Of a stretch of DNA of 64,000 nt, positions 18,133 through 28,210 are shown piece after piece. The notes below the pieces were generated by a model. That model had not been told where the DNA came from, did not search any database, and saw only the letters and a list, made by a program, of their open reading frames with translations. The translations under genes and the position numbers were made by a program. The stretch lies in the NCBI GenBank assembly GCA_963771175.1, contig CAVYSY010000044.1:32001-96000 (forward strand). The letters run 5' to 3'. Position 1 is the first letter of the stretch. Each line of letters opens with the position of its first letter. This DNA is from an uncultured delta proteobacterium. GTDB taxonomy: Bacteria > Myxococcota > Myxococcia > Myxococcales > Myxococcaceae.

Positions 18133-18647
18133 TGCAGCCGCCCGCGCTCGCTGTCGTTGGTTGGTCCGGCTCGGGGAAGACGACGCTCCTCACGCGGCTC
18201 GTGCCCGAGTTGCGCCAGCGGGGCCTGCGCGTGGGCGTGGTGAAGCACACGTCCGACGCGCACCCGCTCCACCGCCGGGGCAGCGACACCGCGCGCTATG
18301 CCGACTCCGGTGCCGCGTTCGTCGCCTTCGCCACCCCGGCCGGCGTGCAGCTCTCCTTCCCCATGCCTCCCGACGACGTGCTGTCCCTGCTCTCCCGCTT
18401 CGCGGACACCGTGGACCTGGTGCTCGTCGAGGGGTGGAAGCACGGGCCGCTGCCCAAGCTCGAGGTGTGGCGCGAGGGGCTCGGGCCGCTGCTCGCGGCG
18501 ACGCGCCAGGACGTGCTCGCCGTGGTGGGGGAGGCGCCCGTGCCCGAGGGGATGAGACGCTTCTCCCGGGATGACGTGTCCGCGATCGCCGACTTCCTCC
18601 AGCAGTGCCTCCGGGACGGGGGGTTGCGCGCGACGGAGGACACATGA
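18132..18647 (+). CDS. mobB: Molybdopterin-guanine dinucleotide biosynthesis protein B
   Basis: GWSGSGKTT, VKH, DLVLVEGWK. Confidence 0.9.
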   Translation: MQPPALAVVGWSGSGKTTLLTRLVPELRQRGLRVGVVKHTSDAHPLHRRGSDTARYADSGAAFVAFATPAGVQLSFPMPPDDVLSLLSRFADTVDLVLVEGWKHGPLPKLEVWREGLGPLLAATRQDVLAVVGEAPVPEGMRRFSRDDVSAIADFLQQCLRDGGLRATEDT

Positions 18648-19543
18648 GTGAAGACACGCGCCCCCTCCCCCCGGGCGTCACCCGGCGGCCCGTGGTGCGC
18701 TACACCTCGGGCGGCCAGCTCGCGCCCGCCGAGCCGGACCCCGTGGCCCTCGAGGAGCCGCTCGACATCCGCCTCAGCGGGGACACCGTGGCCATCACCA
18801 TGCGCACCCCGGGAGCGGACCGCTTCCTCGTCACCGGCTTCCTCTTCGCCGAGGGCCTCATCCACTCCGCCGAGGACCTCGGGACCCTGGCCCACTGCGG
18901 GCGGCCCGGCGAGGAGGGTTACGGCAACATCGTCGAGGTGACTCCCGCTCCCGGGCTCGTCATCGACCTGGAGAAGGTGGGCGCCACGAAGCGAGGCACG
19001 CTCACCACCGCGGCCTGTGGCGTGTGCGGCCGGCGCTCGGTGGAGGACTTGATGGCCTCGTGCACCCCCGTGCCGCCGGGCCCGGAGCTTCCCGCCTCGG
19101 TGCTCGCCCGCGCCACCGAGCACCTGCGCTCCGTGCAGCCCAACTTCGCCCACACCGGCGGAGTCCATGCCGCCGCCGCGCTCGACGCGGAGGGCGAGGT
19201 GCTCGCCGCCTTCGAGGACGTGGGCCGCCACAACGCCGTGGACAAGGTGGTGGGCGCGCTGCTGCTCCAGCACGGGCTGCGCTCGGCGCGGGCCTCACGG
19301 CCGTCCACCTCGCGAGCCACCGTGCTCGTGGTGAGCGGGCGCGTCAGCTTCGAAATCATCCAGAAGGCCACCGTGGCCCGGGTGCCCGTGGTGGCCAGCG
19401 TCTCCGCGGCCAGCTCGCTCGCCATCGACCTCGCCGAGCGCGCGGGCCTCACGCTCGCCACCTTCGTGCGCGAGGGGCGCTTCAACCTCTACACCCACCC
19501 CGAGCGCGTGCGCGTCCACTTGGATGATGGGCTCCGCGAGTGA
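18644..19543 (+). CDS. fdhD: Formate dehydrogenase accessory sulfurtransferase
   Basis: EEPL, MRTPG, CGVCG, TGGVHAA, EDVGRHNAVDK. Confidence 0.93.
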   Translation: MSEDTRPLPPGVTRRPVVRYTSGGQLAPAEPDPVALEEPLDIRLSGDTVAITMRTPGADRFLVTGFLFAEGLIHSAEDLGTLAHCGRPGEEGYGNIVEVTPAPGLVIDLEKVGATKRGTLTTAACGVCGRRSVEDLMASCTPVPPGPELPASVLARATEHLRSVQPNFAHTGGVHAAAALDAEGEVLAAFEDVGRHNAVDKVVGALLLQHGLRSARASRPSTSRATVLVVSGRVSFEIIQKATVARVPVVASVSAASSLAIDLAERAGLTLATFVREGRFNLYTHPERVRVHLDDGLRE

Positions 19544-19588
19544 GAGGATGGGACACTCCCTGCCTCTCGTCGTGCCAGGAGCGTCGCC

Positions 19589-21244
19589 ATGCCCACCATC
19601 TCCTCCAAGCTGCCGGCCCCCATCACGACAAAGGCCTCCGCGCCCGCGCCCAAGCAGGTGCAGGCCCCGCCGCCTCCGCCGCCTCCCCGGCCCGCGCTGA
19701 ACACGGGCACCAGCAGCTTCCAGCCCGCGTCCACCTCGCGCCCGCCCGTGTCCCTCTCGCCGGCTCCCGCCACCACCCTGCGCAACGAGCGCCTCGGCGA
19801 TGGGCAGACCAACTGCCTGGAGCGCGCCAACCAGCTCGCCCGGCCCGGTGACACCGTGGTGCTGCTGGCGGATCGCCGCGATGCCTCGGGACATGCCGTG
19901 GTGCAGCACAAAGATGGCTCGGTGACCGACCCCAACCTGCCCGGCATGAGCTACCCCAGCCTCGCCTCGTGGCAGGCCGCCAATCCCCAGTACCACCAGC
20001 CGGTGGGCATCCCCCAGCAGTCCCTCTCCCAGGTGCTGCGCACCCCGCCCGGCCCCCAGCGCGATGCGCTCATCCGCGAGCTCGGCCTGGGCGCCATCGC
20101 CACGCGCGCCGTGGCCGACCCGCCCGAGAACCGCTTCGTCACCCCCAATGACGGCGGCCTCAACGTCCGCACAGAGGCCGGCACGGAGTACGAGTCGCGC
20201 GGCTACGTCCAGGACGGGCAAATCCTCGAGGTCACCGGCCCCACCGACGCGGAGGGCTGGGCCCCCGTCTCCTTCCTGCCTCCCGGCGAGGACGAGCCCA
20301 TCACCGGCTATGCCCACATCGCGGATCTCACCGCGCCGGTGAACGAGGCGGAGGCCGAGCAGGGCCTGCGCGCCCAGGAGGTCTACGTCCACCAGACGGA
20401 CGCCGAGATGGAGGTCTCCTTCGTCCCCGAGGGCAGCACCGACCCCGTGGCCGGCAACGGCGGCAACGCCAACTGTGGCCCCTCGTCGCTGGTGATGGCG
20501 TTCCGCCTGGAGGGGCTGGAGCTGCCCGCCATCCCCGGCGTCGAGCACAACGGCACCGACGGCGCGGACGTGCAGGCGGCGCGCTTCGCCATGTACGGCA
20601 TCTACGACGGCGCCAGCGCGCCCGCGAACGAGACCCAGACGGAGAACTGGGCCGGCCGCGATGGCGTGGTCGAGGTCCCCAACCCCGACGGCGGTCCGTC
20701 CACCTACCAGTACGCGAACATGAACCTCACCTATGCCCAGGGGGGAGAGAACAGCCAGAACACGGGCTTCGGAGGCATCCACCGCGCGGTGCACGCGGCG
20801 GGCGGCTACTCGGAGGACGTGCTGCCCCGGTCCGGCGAGACGATGAACGACGCCATCGCCCGCGAGCTCGCGGCCGGGCGCACCGTCATCATCTCCGGTG
20901 ACTTCACCATCCCCGAGCAGCAGCCGGTGATGGCCGGCGAGGGCCAGCCCCACAACGCCGAGGGCCACCTCCTCAATGAAAACCAGGAGGTCGTCTACCA
21001 GACCGTCTACACGCCCAAGACGGACACCTGGACGCGCGGCGGCGGCGCCACGCAGCACCTCGTGGCCATCGTCGGCACCGTGGGCAACGCCGAGGACGGC
21101 ACCCTGCGCTTCCTCGTCAATGACCCCATCCACCCGAACCAGGGGCCCATTCTCGCCACGCCGGAGCAGCTCGCGTCCTTCATGAACGCCTCCAACGCGG
21201 GGGCCGTCGCCATCGGCGGCACGGACGACCCGGCGCTCCAGTAA
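19589..21244 (+). CDS. Multidomain protein: Pro-rich N-terminus, papain-like module, SH3b, C39-like peptidase
   Basis: QTNCLE...GHAVV...DP; GLNVRTEAGT...GW...GY (SH3b); NANCGPSSLVMA...HLVAIVG...VNDP. Confidence 0.7.
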   Translation: MPTISSKLPAPITTKASAPAPKQVQAPPPPPPPRPALNTGTSSFQPASTSRPPVSLSPAPATTLRNERLGDGQTNCLERANQLARPGDTVVLLADRRDASGHAVVQHKDGSVTDPNLPGMSYPSLASWQAANPQYHQPVGIPQQSLSQVLRTPPGPQRDALIRELGLGAIATRAVADPPENRFVTPNDGGLNVRTEAGTEYESRGYVQDGQILEVTGPTDAEGWAPVSFLPPGEDEPITGYAHIADLTAPVNEAEAEQGLRAQEVYVHQTDAEMEVSFVPEGSTDPVAGNGGNANCGPSSLVMAFRLEGLELPAIPGVEHNGTDGADVQAARFAMYGIYDGASAPANETQTENWAGRDGVVEVPNPDGGPSTYQYANMNLTYAQGGENSQNTGFGGIHRAVHAAGGYSEDVLPRSGETMNDAIARELAAGRTVIISGDFTIPEQQPVMAGEGQPHNAEGHLLNENQEVVYQTVYTPKTDTWTRGGGATQHLVAIVGTVGNAEDGTLRFLVNDPIHPNQGPILATPEQLASFMNASNAGAVAIGGTDDPALQ

Positions 21245-21265
21245 CTCAGGCCACGGGCCCGGGGA

Positions 21266-21847
21266 CTACAGCAGCTGGCACTCGTAGACGCGCAGGTTGT
21301 CACACCGCGAGCCCGTGCAGGCCAGACCCCGCGCGTACCAGCCCGAGGGCAGGCTGTACGTGTTGGGGAACTCCTCGGAGAACTGGCGATCCGCCCAGCG
21401 GCACGAGCCAGTGCCGCGGTTGGTGACCCGCGTGCACTGGATGGAGATGTCGTCGCAGTTCGAGCCCCGACAGACGAGCCCCGTCATCCACCACCCCGCA
21501 CTGCAGGTCCGGTAGTTCGTTCCTTCTTCGGAGAAGTAGCTCGTCCAGGACGTATCGCCGAAGGTCGCGCCCACCGAGCTGCAGTAGGCGCCCACGTTGT
21601 CGCAGTTGCCTCCCGTGCACCTCATCTGGTTGATGAGATTGCCGGCACCGCACCCAATGGGCTGGAACTCCTCGGAGGTACTGATCGTCCAGCCGTTGAT
21701 GACGCCTTGCGCGAAATCCGAGTAGTCCACCGCGTTCTCGAGAGGGTCGGGCGGCAGCTCATCCTCCGACGCCGCACCGCCACACGCCAAACCGAGGGTG
21801 GCCAACGCCGACACCGCCGCCGCGAACAGTCCACTCCGTGTATTCAT
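21266..21847 (-). CDS. Cys-rich lipoprotein with three SEE...CxGxxCD repeats
   Basis: Lipobox GLAC; three internal repeats. Confidence 0.8.
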   Translation of the reverse strand: MNTRSGLFAAAVSALATLGLACGGAASEDELPPDPLENAVDYSDFAQGVINGWTISTSEEFQPIGCGAGNLINQMRCTGGNCDNVGAYCSSVGATFGDTSWTSYFSEEGTNYRTCSAGWWMTGLVCRGSNCDDISIQCTRVTNRGTGSCRWADRQFSEEFPNTYSLPSGWYARGLACTGSRCDNLRVYECQLL

Positions 21848-22071
21848 ATTCCGCATTCCTCAGGGTGAGAAAACACAGCCAGGAGCCGAGCCCCCCCGCG
21901 AAGGCCGTGGCGGTCAGCGAAGGATGCTCGAGCAGGGGGAGGTGGAAGCTGTGATGGGCCCGCACTCCAGACAATGCGACCGAGAGGGCAAAGCGAGTGC
22001 ATGCTCAACGACAGGAGAGCGCGGATGTTCAAGGTGGAACGGCGCGGGCGAGGGCGTAGGCTCCTCCCGCC

Positions 22072-22983
22072 ATGGCCCCGACTCCTCCGCTGCTCGATGA
22101 CATGCTCGTCTTCGCCGAAGTGGTGAGCGCGGGTGGCATCACCGCGGCGGCGACGCGGCTGGGGTTGCGCAAGTCCACGGTGAGCCGACGCCTGGCGGCC
22201 CTGGAGGAGCGGTTGGGCACGCGACTGCTGGAGCGCAACACGCGACGGCTGCGCCTCACCGAGTCCGGGCGCGAGTACCACGCGCACTGCGCCCGGCTCG
22301 TCGCCGAGGCCCGAGAGGTGAACCGGGCGCTGAGCGAGTCGCGCCACACGCCCCATGGCACGCTGCGCGTGGTGACCTTCTCGCTGCTCGGCGAGTTGCT
22401 CGCGCCCGTCATCGCCGAGTTCCTCCTGCGCCACCCCCAGGTGCGCGTGGAGGTGTCGCTCGCCCAGGCGCACGTGGACCTCGTCGCCGAGGAGTACGAC
22501 CTGGCCCTGCGCACCGGGCCGCTCCTGGACTCGTCGCTGGTGGCGCGGCGGCTCGGGAACGTGCGCACCGGCTATTACGCAAGCCCCGCCTACCTGAGCC
22601 GGCGCGGCACGCCCCAGTCGCCGGATGAGCTCGCGGGCCACGAGTGCGTGCTCGTCGCCGAGCCGGGCACGGACGAGGTGTGGTTCTTCACGGGCCCGCG
22701 AGGCGCTCGCACCGTGCCCGTGAGCGGGCGGCTGCAGGTGCCGAGCGTTCGCGCCGGCCATGCGGCGGCCCGGGCCGGACTCGGGCTGGTGCGCCTGCCC
22801 ACCGTGCTCGTCGCGGACGACGTGCGCGCCGGGGTGCTCGTCCCCGTGCTGGAGACGGTGACTCCGCCGGGCCTCCCCATCTACGCCGTCTACCCCAGCA
22901 GCCGGCAGCTTGCCCCCAAGGTGCGCGTCTTCCTCGAGACGCTCGCCCAGCGCAGCGCCGCGCTCCCCTGGGACAATCAGTGA
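22072..22983 (+). CDS. LysR family transcriptional regulator
   Basis: HTH TAAATRLG...STVSRRLAALEERLG; RNTRRLRLTESG. Confidence 0.93.
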   Translation: MAPTPPLLDDMLVFAEVVSAGGITAAATRLGLRKSTVSRRLAALEERLGTRLLERNTRRLRLTESGREYHAHCARLVAEAREVNRALSESRHTPHGTLRVVTFSLLGELLAPVIAEFLLRHPQVRVEVSLAQAHVDLVAEEYDLALRTGPLLDSSLVARRLGNVRTGYYASPAYLSRRGTPQSPDELAGHECVLVAEPGTDEVWFFTGPRGARTVPVSGRLQVPSVRAGHAAARAGLGLVRLPTVLVADDVRAGVLVPVLETVTPPGLPIYAVYPSSRQLAPKVRVFLETLAQRSAALPWDNQ

Positions 22984-23114
22984 GGGGGCTCTTCGCGGAA
23001 CAATCCATTGCGCGCCGGGCTCTCGTCCGGCCAGCGCGCCACCGTTAGTTCTCGTCGTGGAAGGTCGGGCAACGGCCATGGAGGCCGCACGCCCGCACAG
23101 ACGAGGGACACGCC

Positions 23115-23441
23115 ATGGCAGGAGACATCATCCACTTGAATGACCCGGACTTCCGGCGCGAGGTGCTGGAGGCCGAGGGGCCCGTGCTGGTCGACTTCAC
23201 GGCGACCTGGTGCGCCCCGTGCCGTGCCATCAACCCGACGGTGGAGGCGCTCGCCTCGGCGTACAAGGGCCGCGTGAAGGTGGCCAAGCTCGACATCGAC
23301 ACCAACCAGGCCACGGCGCAGGAGTACGGCATCCGCTCGGTGCCCACCCTGCTCCTCTTCAAGCAGGGCAAGGTGGTGGGACAGATTGTCGGCGCCGTGC
23401 CGCGCGCACGCATGGAGAGCGCGATTCAGCAGGTCCTCTGA
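23115..23441 (+). CDS. trxA: Thioredoxin
   Basis: VLVDFTATWCAPC; IRSVPTL. Confidence 0.9.
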   Translation: MAGDIIHLNDPDFRREVLEAEGPVLVDFTATWCAPCRAINPTVEALASAYKGRVKVAKLDIDTNQATAQEYGIRSVPTLLLFKQGKVVGQIVGAVPRARMESAIQQVL

Positions 23442-23451
23442 CCCGCGCGGC

Positions 23452-24237
23452 TCATTGGGGAGGCCGGGTCCCAGCGCCTCGCAGTCGCTCCAGCTCGGCC
23501 TGGAGCTCCGCCAGGCGCCGCTCGGCCTCCTCCCGCCGCCGCGACTCCGCCTCCGCGCGCCGAGACTCCTCCTCCGCGCGCCGCTGCACCTGCTCCAGCA
23601 GCTCGTGGGACTGCAGCAGCAGCGCGTTGCCCGCCCACAGCCGCAGCTTCCCCTGCGCCAACTCCAACTCCAGCCCCAGCACCTCCGAGCGGTAGCGGCC
23701 CGCCTCCGGGGGAATGCGCTCGTACCGCCTCGCCTCGGGCACCGGCAGCCGGTACGCCTCCAGCCGCTCCCTCGCCCGGTCGTAGATGAAGTATTCGGGA
23801 ATCCCCAGCCGGGCGTAGCGCTCCACGTTGAACTCGGCGTCCTTCTTCCGGTCGCCGCCCACGTGCACCTCCATCACCCACTCCAGCCCCTTGCCCTCCT
23901 GGCTCACCACCCACTTGCTGCGCGGGTGCGTCGGCACGTCCCGCACCGCCACCAGGTCCGGCGCGAAGCGTCGCTCGCCCGGGTAGTACACCGGCAGCTC
24001 CGTGCCCAGGTACACCTGCCGCCGCTGCCGCGAGAAGAAGCCCCGGAGCACGTCCAGCGTCTCCATCTTCGCCTGGGAGTGCAGGTCCCCCTCCGGCATG
24101 GCCATCTCGTCCCACGTCACCTCGCCGGGCAACGCCTCCACCACCCGCTCCCGCTCCTCCACGCTCATCCGCTCCCACTCTTGCTGCGTGGGCGCCCGAG
24201 GGAAGGCGTCTCCACGCTCCTGTGCGCGCTGTGCCAT
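23452..24237 (-). CDS. Uma2 (DUF820) family endonuclease-fold protein with coiled-coil tail
   Basis: MPEGDLH, APDL, VMEV, YARLGIPEYFIYD. Confidence 0.88.
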   Translation of the reverse strand: MAQRAQERGDAFPRAPTQQEWERMSVEERERVVEALPGEVTWDEMAMPEGDLHSQAKMETLDVLRGFFSRQRRQVYLGTELPVYYPGERRFAPDLVAVRDVPTHPRSKWVVSQEGKGLEWVMEVHVGGDRKKDAEFNVERYARLGIPEYFIYDRARERLEAYRLPVPEARRYERIPPEAGRYRSEVLGLELELAQGKLRLWAGNALLLQSHELLEQVQRRAEEESRRAEAESRRREEAERRLAELQAELERLRGAGTRPPQ

Positions 24238-24440
24238 GCCCCAAGCCTGGGGTGGCTCCTGGCGCGCGTCAATCGCCCCCGCCCGCTGCCTCAGCAAGTG
24301 TCGGGCCGGACACCCCAAGCCCCTGGCTCCGAGCGGAAGGCGCTCGCGGCCAGCTCCGGCTCCGTCTTCACCGTCTCTGTTCGCGGACGCCTCCGGTAGC
24401 GCCTCTCGCCAGCCGCCGACAGGGGCCGTAGGAGGTTAGC

Positions 24441-24572
24441 GAGAGGACGTACCAGGGCCCGAGCATGTCGATGAGAGCGGGCGCTCCAGCAGGTCCTCGG
24501 ACTCACGCCGCTCGGGGCGCGAAGAATCGCGCCCGGAACTGCTCCAGTGGGGTGGTCCAGTGGTCCTCCCAC
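24441..24572 (-). pseudogene. Decayed remnant of the YwaF/Coq4 gene pair
   Basis: 24496-24572 matches 30366-30442 (6 mismatches in 77); 24441-24475 matches 29726-29766 with a 6-bp gap. Confidence 0.8.
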
Positions 24573-24581
24573 TCCCGGGAA

Positions 24582-24603
24582 GGTGTCGGAGGATTCGAGT
24601 CGC
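24582..24603. repeat. Degenerate copy of the RAYT left REP end
   Basis: GGTGTCGGAGGATTCGAGTCGC versus GGTGTCAAAGGATTCGAATCGC (19/22), preceded by GGGAA as at the 562 and 1058 copies. Confidence 0.7.
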
Positions 24604-24768
24604 CGGACAACTCCTTGAAGCGACTGGAGGAGCCGGAGCGCCATCCGCCTGGAATGTGTCGGTGGACCCGAAGACCAACAGGACGGGAGGGCTCTTGAGC
24701 GAGCCTTCCCGGCCCAGTTGGGCAATGCTTGGAAGCATCCCATGCCCCACCCCAACTGGCTCGACTCC

Positions 24769-25394
24769 ATGAAGCCGGCCTTCCTCACGGGGTTCTCGGC
24801 CCTGCCGAAGCCCGAGGTGGCCCTCGTTCCCGCACTGTGCCTGCTGCTGCTGGTGCCGGTCCTGGCCCGAGCAGCCCCACCTGAAGTCGAATCCCGCCTT
24901 TCGATACTGCAGACCGTGACTGTGCGCGAACACCACAGCCCCACGCATGGCAGTGGGCTCAAGCTCACCTTCAAGCGCCTCCCGCCAGACCCGCTCCTGG
25001 CACGTTTCACGAGGGAGGAAGCGAGGGCATTCGTGGAGGCCATGGAGACGGCATTCCATGCGCCCGGGTTGCTGTCAGGGTCGCCCGCCGCGAGGAGATT
25101 GCCGACGTGTGTGGTCTCGGGAGCCATGGGCTGTGGCCCGCCGGCGAGCACGCACTCCTCGGACCTGGAGAGGAAGCTGCGCGCGGACTACGAGGAACTC
25201 TTCGGCCCTTCCTCGCTACCGCTGCCGTCCTCCCTGGAGAGCAGCCGATGGTTCCAGGCACTCAAGCTCTCGCCCCGCTACATGGACGAGGGCGCGCGCG
25301 AGGCCGCCATGGAATTGCTCGGCTCTCCCACCGTCGCATATTCCATGGCCCTGTCCATGATGCTGTACATGGCGGCGTGGGCCGCGCCGGAGCC
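24769..25394 (+). pseudogene. AHH-nuclease polymorphic toxin, 5' part (interrupted)
   Basis: Signal-like N-terminus; ends ...LYMAAWAAPEP, which continues in frame as VFSK at 28249. Confidence 0.8.
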
Positions 25395-25409
25395 TGCATT
25401 GAAACACCT

Positions 25410-27755
25410 CTATTCCTTGGAATGGGGGTGACTTCGGTGATGTTGCCTGGGACTGCGTGCGCTGCTTCTTCGGGCGAGGGCCGCCTTGAGGCGCCGCGCG
25501 AGGGCGGGGGTCAGCCGGAAGCAGAAAGAGCCCTTCGGCAGGTCGCGCTCGGGCGTGAGGACGTGGGTCTTCACCCAGTAACGCACCGTGCTCTCGGAGA
25601 CTCCGTACTTCTCGATGAGCCCACGGGTGGTGTAACGGCCATCTGGGAGACGCGCTGGCAACCGCGGGCGGCCAGAGAAGCCCGGCTGCTTCCCGGGTCT
25701 GTAGCCATGGCTCTGCGCGTTGGCCAGCAGCGCTTCCAGTTCGGGCGTCAGCTCGAACCAGAAGGGACCTCGCTTCTTGCTGCGCGCCGGTGTGATGCGC
25801 CCCTGCCTTATCCAGTAGCGGACCATCGGAGCCGATACCCCGTAGCGCGCTGTCAGGCCATGCATGGAATAACGTCCTTGCTCATCTCGCTCGGGCAAGG
25901 GCCCAGTTCGCCCCCCAGGACCATGTCCTGCTCGGATGCCATGTCCCCGGCGAAGCGCCCCCACCGTCGTGCTCTTGAAGGAGCGACCCAGGCCGTTTTT
26001 CAGGCCGAGCCGGTTGAGTTCAGCCGCTATCCGCGAGTCGCTGTACTTCCGAGCAGCCATCCTCCGGACGGCGGCGAGCACTGTCTTCGACGTCTTGTGG
26101 GAGTCCGCCAGGGTGGGTCGAGGTGCCAGCAATTCGCTGATGGCACCTGTCTTCCAGAGAATGCGAATGCGGGTTGCTCGCTCAGGCACGTCCACTGGAG
26201 AAAGCACGACATCCTGGATGAGGAGTCGAAGCATCCGCTTCTTGTCCACGGCTGCCGTGGTGGGGGCGTTCCACAGCCTCGGCAAGTCTCGAGCCAACGC
26301 GAGGATGCCTTTCTTGTCCTGTGCCGAGAGCTCGAGCTTCTGCCTGCCTTTGGCCTCCTCGTACGCATGCTCCACCTGAGCAAGCTCCTGGAGTTTCTCG
26401 TTCCAACGTGTCTCCAGCGTGCGTGCCACTATCCGGTTTTCCGGCTCGACAGCGTTGTACTGGCGCTCGGCACGCTGGGCCTCGTAGCGCGCGCGCTCCA
26501 GACGCAGTTGCCATTGCCGAGCCAGGCTGTCGGCCTGCCGCTCCACCTCCTTGAGCACGGCGAGCGAAAGGTCCAATTCGGGCGGAGCCATCGCCTGGAG
26601 AAAAAGCTCAACCACCTTGTCGTCAATGCGATGCGCAACGGTGGACCAGCAGGGGCCTTCGCCGTACGCGGTCCGCAGGCACTCGTAGACAGGGGTATTG
26701 GCATGGGGGAGGCTCGTGTACATCCGCCGTCCACACCTGCCACAGAGGACAAGTCCCTGCAGCAACGCCTCGCCATTGCGAGCCGCACCGCGCTTGTGGA
26801 CTCCATGGAAGCGGATTCCATTCTCCTCTATTCGTCTCAGATTCTCCGTATATTCCTCCCAGGAGATGTACGCCGGGTGGGCATCCCTCACGAAGGCGTG
26901 CCACTGCTCGGACGCAGCGAGCCGCTCATGCTTGCTCCGCACCTCTCCCTCCACCAGGACGCGTCGTTCGCGATTGCGGCCCCATACGTAGGCCCCCGCG
27001 TAGGTGGGATTGCGCAGAATATTCAGCGCGTGCTCGGTGGTGAGTGGATGCCATTGGATTTCGGCGTGGCCGCCGCGATGGGCATGTCGCGAGGGAAAGA
27101 GCAGCCCGTGGTGGTTGAAATAGCGTACGGCGCGAGCCACACTGCCATCCAGGCGGAAGCGCTCGAACAGGAGGCGGATGGCTTTCTGTACCTGCTCGTC
27201 CGGGTCGAGCACGAGCGCGCCATTGTCGAAGACATAGCCTGTTGGCGCGGGGTAGACGAGCTCGCCTTTCTTCGCCTTGTGCAGCAGCCCTCCGCGCAGC
27301 CGCTGGCGCATGAGGTGAATCTCGGCGTCGCTCATGGTTCCCTTCATGCCGAGCACCAACCGGTCATTGAAGTCGCTGGCATCGTAGACGCCCTCCTCAT
27401 CGATGATGAGCGTGTCGGCCAGCGCGCACAGGTCCATCAACCGGTGCCAGTCGGCCGAGGAGCGCGCCAGGCGCGACACCTCCAGCGAGAAGATGGCACC
27501 CACCTTGCCAAGACTGACGTCGGCGGCCAGTCGCTGGAAACCCGTGCGGTGCGCGGCACTGGTGCCACTCTGGCCGAGGTCCTCATCGATGACCTCTATG
27601 TGGGCGCTGTCCCAGCCAAGCTTCTTGGCGAGCTCGACCAGTGCGTACTGCCGCTCGGTCGACTGCTGGTGCTCATGGACCTGCATCAGGGTGGACTGGC
27701 GGATGTAAACCAGCGCCGGCCTGTCCAGGTGCTCGGACCGAACCTTCTCGCTCAT
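25410..27755 (-). CDS. Large serine recombinase (resolvase + recombinase + Zn ribbon + tandem C-terminal HTH), 781 aa
   Basis: VYIRQST (catalytic Ser), EDLGQSG, EVSRLARS, ILRNPTYAG, CGRCG...YEC...C. Confidence 0.93.
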   Translation of the reverse strand: MSEKVRSEHLDRPALVYIRQSTLMQVHEHQQSTERQYALVELAKKLGWDSAHIEVIDEDLGQSGTSAAHRTGFQRLAADVSLGKVGAIFSLEVSRLARSSADWHRLMDLCALADTLIIDEEGVYDASDFNDRLVLGMKGTMSDAEIHLMRQRLRGGLLHKAKKGELVYPAPTGYVFDNGALVLDPDEQVQKAIRLLFERFRLDGSVARAVRYFNHHGLLFPSRHAHRGGHAEIQWHPLTTEHALNILRNPTYAGAYVWGRNRERRVLVEGEVRSKHERLAASEQWHAFVRDAHPAYISWEEYTENLRRIEENGIRFHGVHKRGAARNGEALLQGLVLCGRCGRRMYTSLPHANTPVYECLRTAYGEGPCWSTVAHRIDDKVVELFLQAMAPPELDLSLAVLKEVERQADSLARQWQLRLERARYEAQRAERQYNAVEPENRIVARTLETRWNEKLQELAQVEHAYEEAKGRQKLELSAQDKKGILALARDLPRLWNAPTTAAVDKKRMLRLLIQDVVLSPVDVPERATRIRILWKTGAISELLAPRPTLADSHKTSKTVLAAVRRMAARKYSDSRIAAELNRLGLKNGLGRSFKSTTVGALRRGHGIRAGHGPGGRTGPLPERDEQGRYSMHGLTARYGVSAPMVRYWIRQGRITPARSKKRGPFWFELTPELEALLANAQSHGYRPGKQPGFSGRPRLPARLPDGRYTTRGLIEKYGVSESTVRYWVKTHVLTPERDLPKGSFCFRLTPALARRLKAALARRSSARSPRQHHRSHPHSKE

Positions 27756-28210
27756 CGCCTACCTCGCGTCGGCTGGGGGAGGGCCTTTCCAGCGCCTTCA
27801 GCAGCACGCTGGCCAGGACGCCGAGCCACTCGTGCTTCATCGCCTCTGGTAGTACGGCGTAGAGTGCGCCGGGGGGGCCCACCTGGGGTGGGCTCCCGGA
27901 GCCGCTTGTCTGCCGGGCTGGCTTCTTGGCCCTTCCCATCGGTGCTGTTGCTTAGGTCATCAATGAGCGCGCGTAGCTCGCGCAGTGCGCCCGGGTGCAG
28001 CTTTGGACACTTCCCACCAGCCTTGAGCGGCGCTGCCCGGGGGCGCAGGTTGGTCCAGTCAACAGGGAGGACCGCCGGATGCCCATCCGGGAAGAGGACG
28101 TTGACACAAGGGCGGCCGAGCTTGCGCTGGTATCCCAGCAGCGCTAGCTCGCGGCCTTCGAACGGATGGAGCGGGTGGGTGATGCGCACCGAATCTAACG
28201 GCGGCTGCAT
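27752..28210 (-). CDS. Recombinase-associated small protein (DUF5372/Y4bD-like)
   Basis: VRITHPLHPFEG...LPVDWTNL; ATGA overlap with the recombinase start. Confidence 0.65.
   Translation of the reverse strand: MQPPLDSVRITHPLHPFEGRELALLGYQRKLGRPCVNVLFPDGHPAVLPVDWTNLRPRAAPLKAGGKCPKLHPGALRELRALIDDLSNSTDGKGQEASPADKRLREPTPGGPPRRTLRRTTRGDEARVARRPGQRAAEGAGKALPQPTRGRR

Noticed and set aside
16074..18647. 857-aa MoeA-MobB fusion ORF
   Set aside because: Artefact of an indel near 17970; the true MoeA C-terminus is in another frame and ends in a TGATG overlap with mobB.
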